Positions 63,007 through 63,440 of a stretch of DNA of 63,440 nucleotides are shown piece after piece; within the stretch, counting starts at the first letter, position 1, and each line of letters starts with the position of its first letter. Source of the DNA: Octopus bimaculoides (taxonomy: Eukaryota); the NCBI RefSeq assembly GCF_001194135.2, contig NC_069005.1, positions 19,728,257 through 19,791,696 of the forward strand. Direction: 5' to 3'. The translations under genes were made by a program, and so were the position numbers. The notes below the pieces were generated by a model. The model was not told the origin of the DNA. It did not search any database and worked only from the letters and a program-made list of their open reading frames with translations.

Positions 63007-63061
63007 TCTTACAGCTGTTTCTGGGATATCCCTAAGTATGGGATATTCCATCATCAGAGAC
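63007..63061 (-). ncRNA. Type I hammerhead-ribozyme-like motif (Penelope-type)
   Basis: Minus strand: ucu CUGAUGA uggaauauccc-auacuua-gggauauccca GAA ACAGCUGU A aga. Both core boxes intact, 10/11-bp stem II, palindromic stem III, GUA triplet, but only a 3-bp stem I. Confidence 0.6.
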
Positions 63062-63440
63062 AAATAGGGGGGGAAAAATAGGGAAAATGAGAATGGTATA
63101 TATTAATGAGATGATGACATAGAGGAAAGGAGTAAAAGAATAAAGAGATGGAGAGAAATAAGAAAATAGAAGCATAAAAGTTCAACTACCATCTCAACCA
63201 TAATCTTGGAGCCCTAGTAATCCGTTACAGCACTTACCTAGCATACCTAATAGGTGTAGGAGTGGCTGTGTGGTAAGAAGCTTGCTTACCAACCACATGG
63301 TTTCAGGTTCAGTCCCACTGCATCTTCTACTATAGCCTCAGGCTGACCAAAGTCTTGTGAGTGGATTTAGAAGACAGAAACTGAAAGAAGCCTGTCATAT
63401 ATGTATATGCATGTGTGTGTGTATGTTTGTGTGTCTGTGT

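Overview
AT-rich, microsatellite-saturated eukaryotic DNA from a gapped short-read scaffold (many N runs, most starting or ending in CA/TA/CT tracts). The repeat landscape (tRNA-derived SINEs with a CORE-like block, mariners, RTE, Tx1 and R4/Dong LINE remnants) points to an octopod cephalopod, probably Octopus; this is inference, not a database result. No long intact ORF exists: most ORFs in the supplied track are microsatellite or N-gap artefacts, and the protein-like ones are decayed transposon genes. Well supported from sequence alone: two DD34D mariners (one carrying a nested Tc1/mariner-type deletion derivative), TTAA-flanked MITE stacks, three RTE fragments, one Tx1 fragment, R4/Dong fragments at (AAT)n tracts, and many SINEs. 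Most interesting: (1) an 833-bp foldback element with ~200-bp terminal inverted repeats, an exact 8-bp target duplication and head-to-head TTAGGG/CCCTAA arrays in its centre; (2) one near-canonical and several decayed hammerhead-ribozyme-like motifs of Penelope type; (3) a CpG-retaining domain at ~39.4-46.1 kb bracketed by outward-facing GTAAGGGARATAACT motifs, suggesting a head-to-head pair of large-intron genes whose small candidate exons include a 36/39-nt exon followed by a TGCATG (RBFOX-type) cluster. The host-gene model is tentative and no gene could be named.
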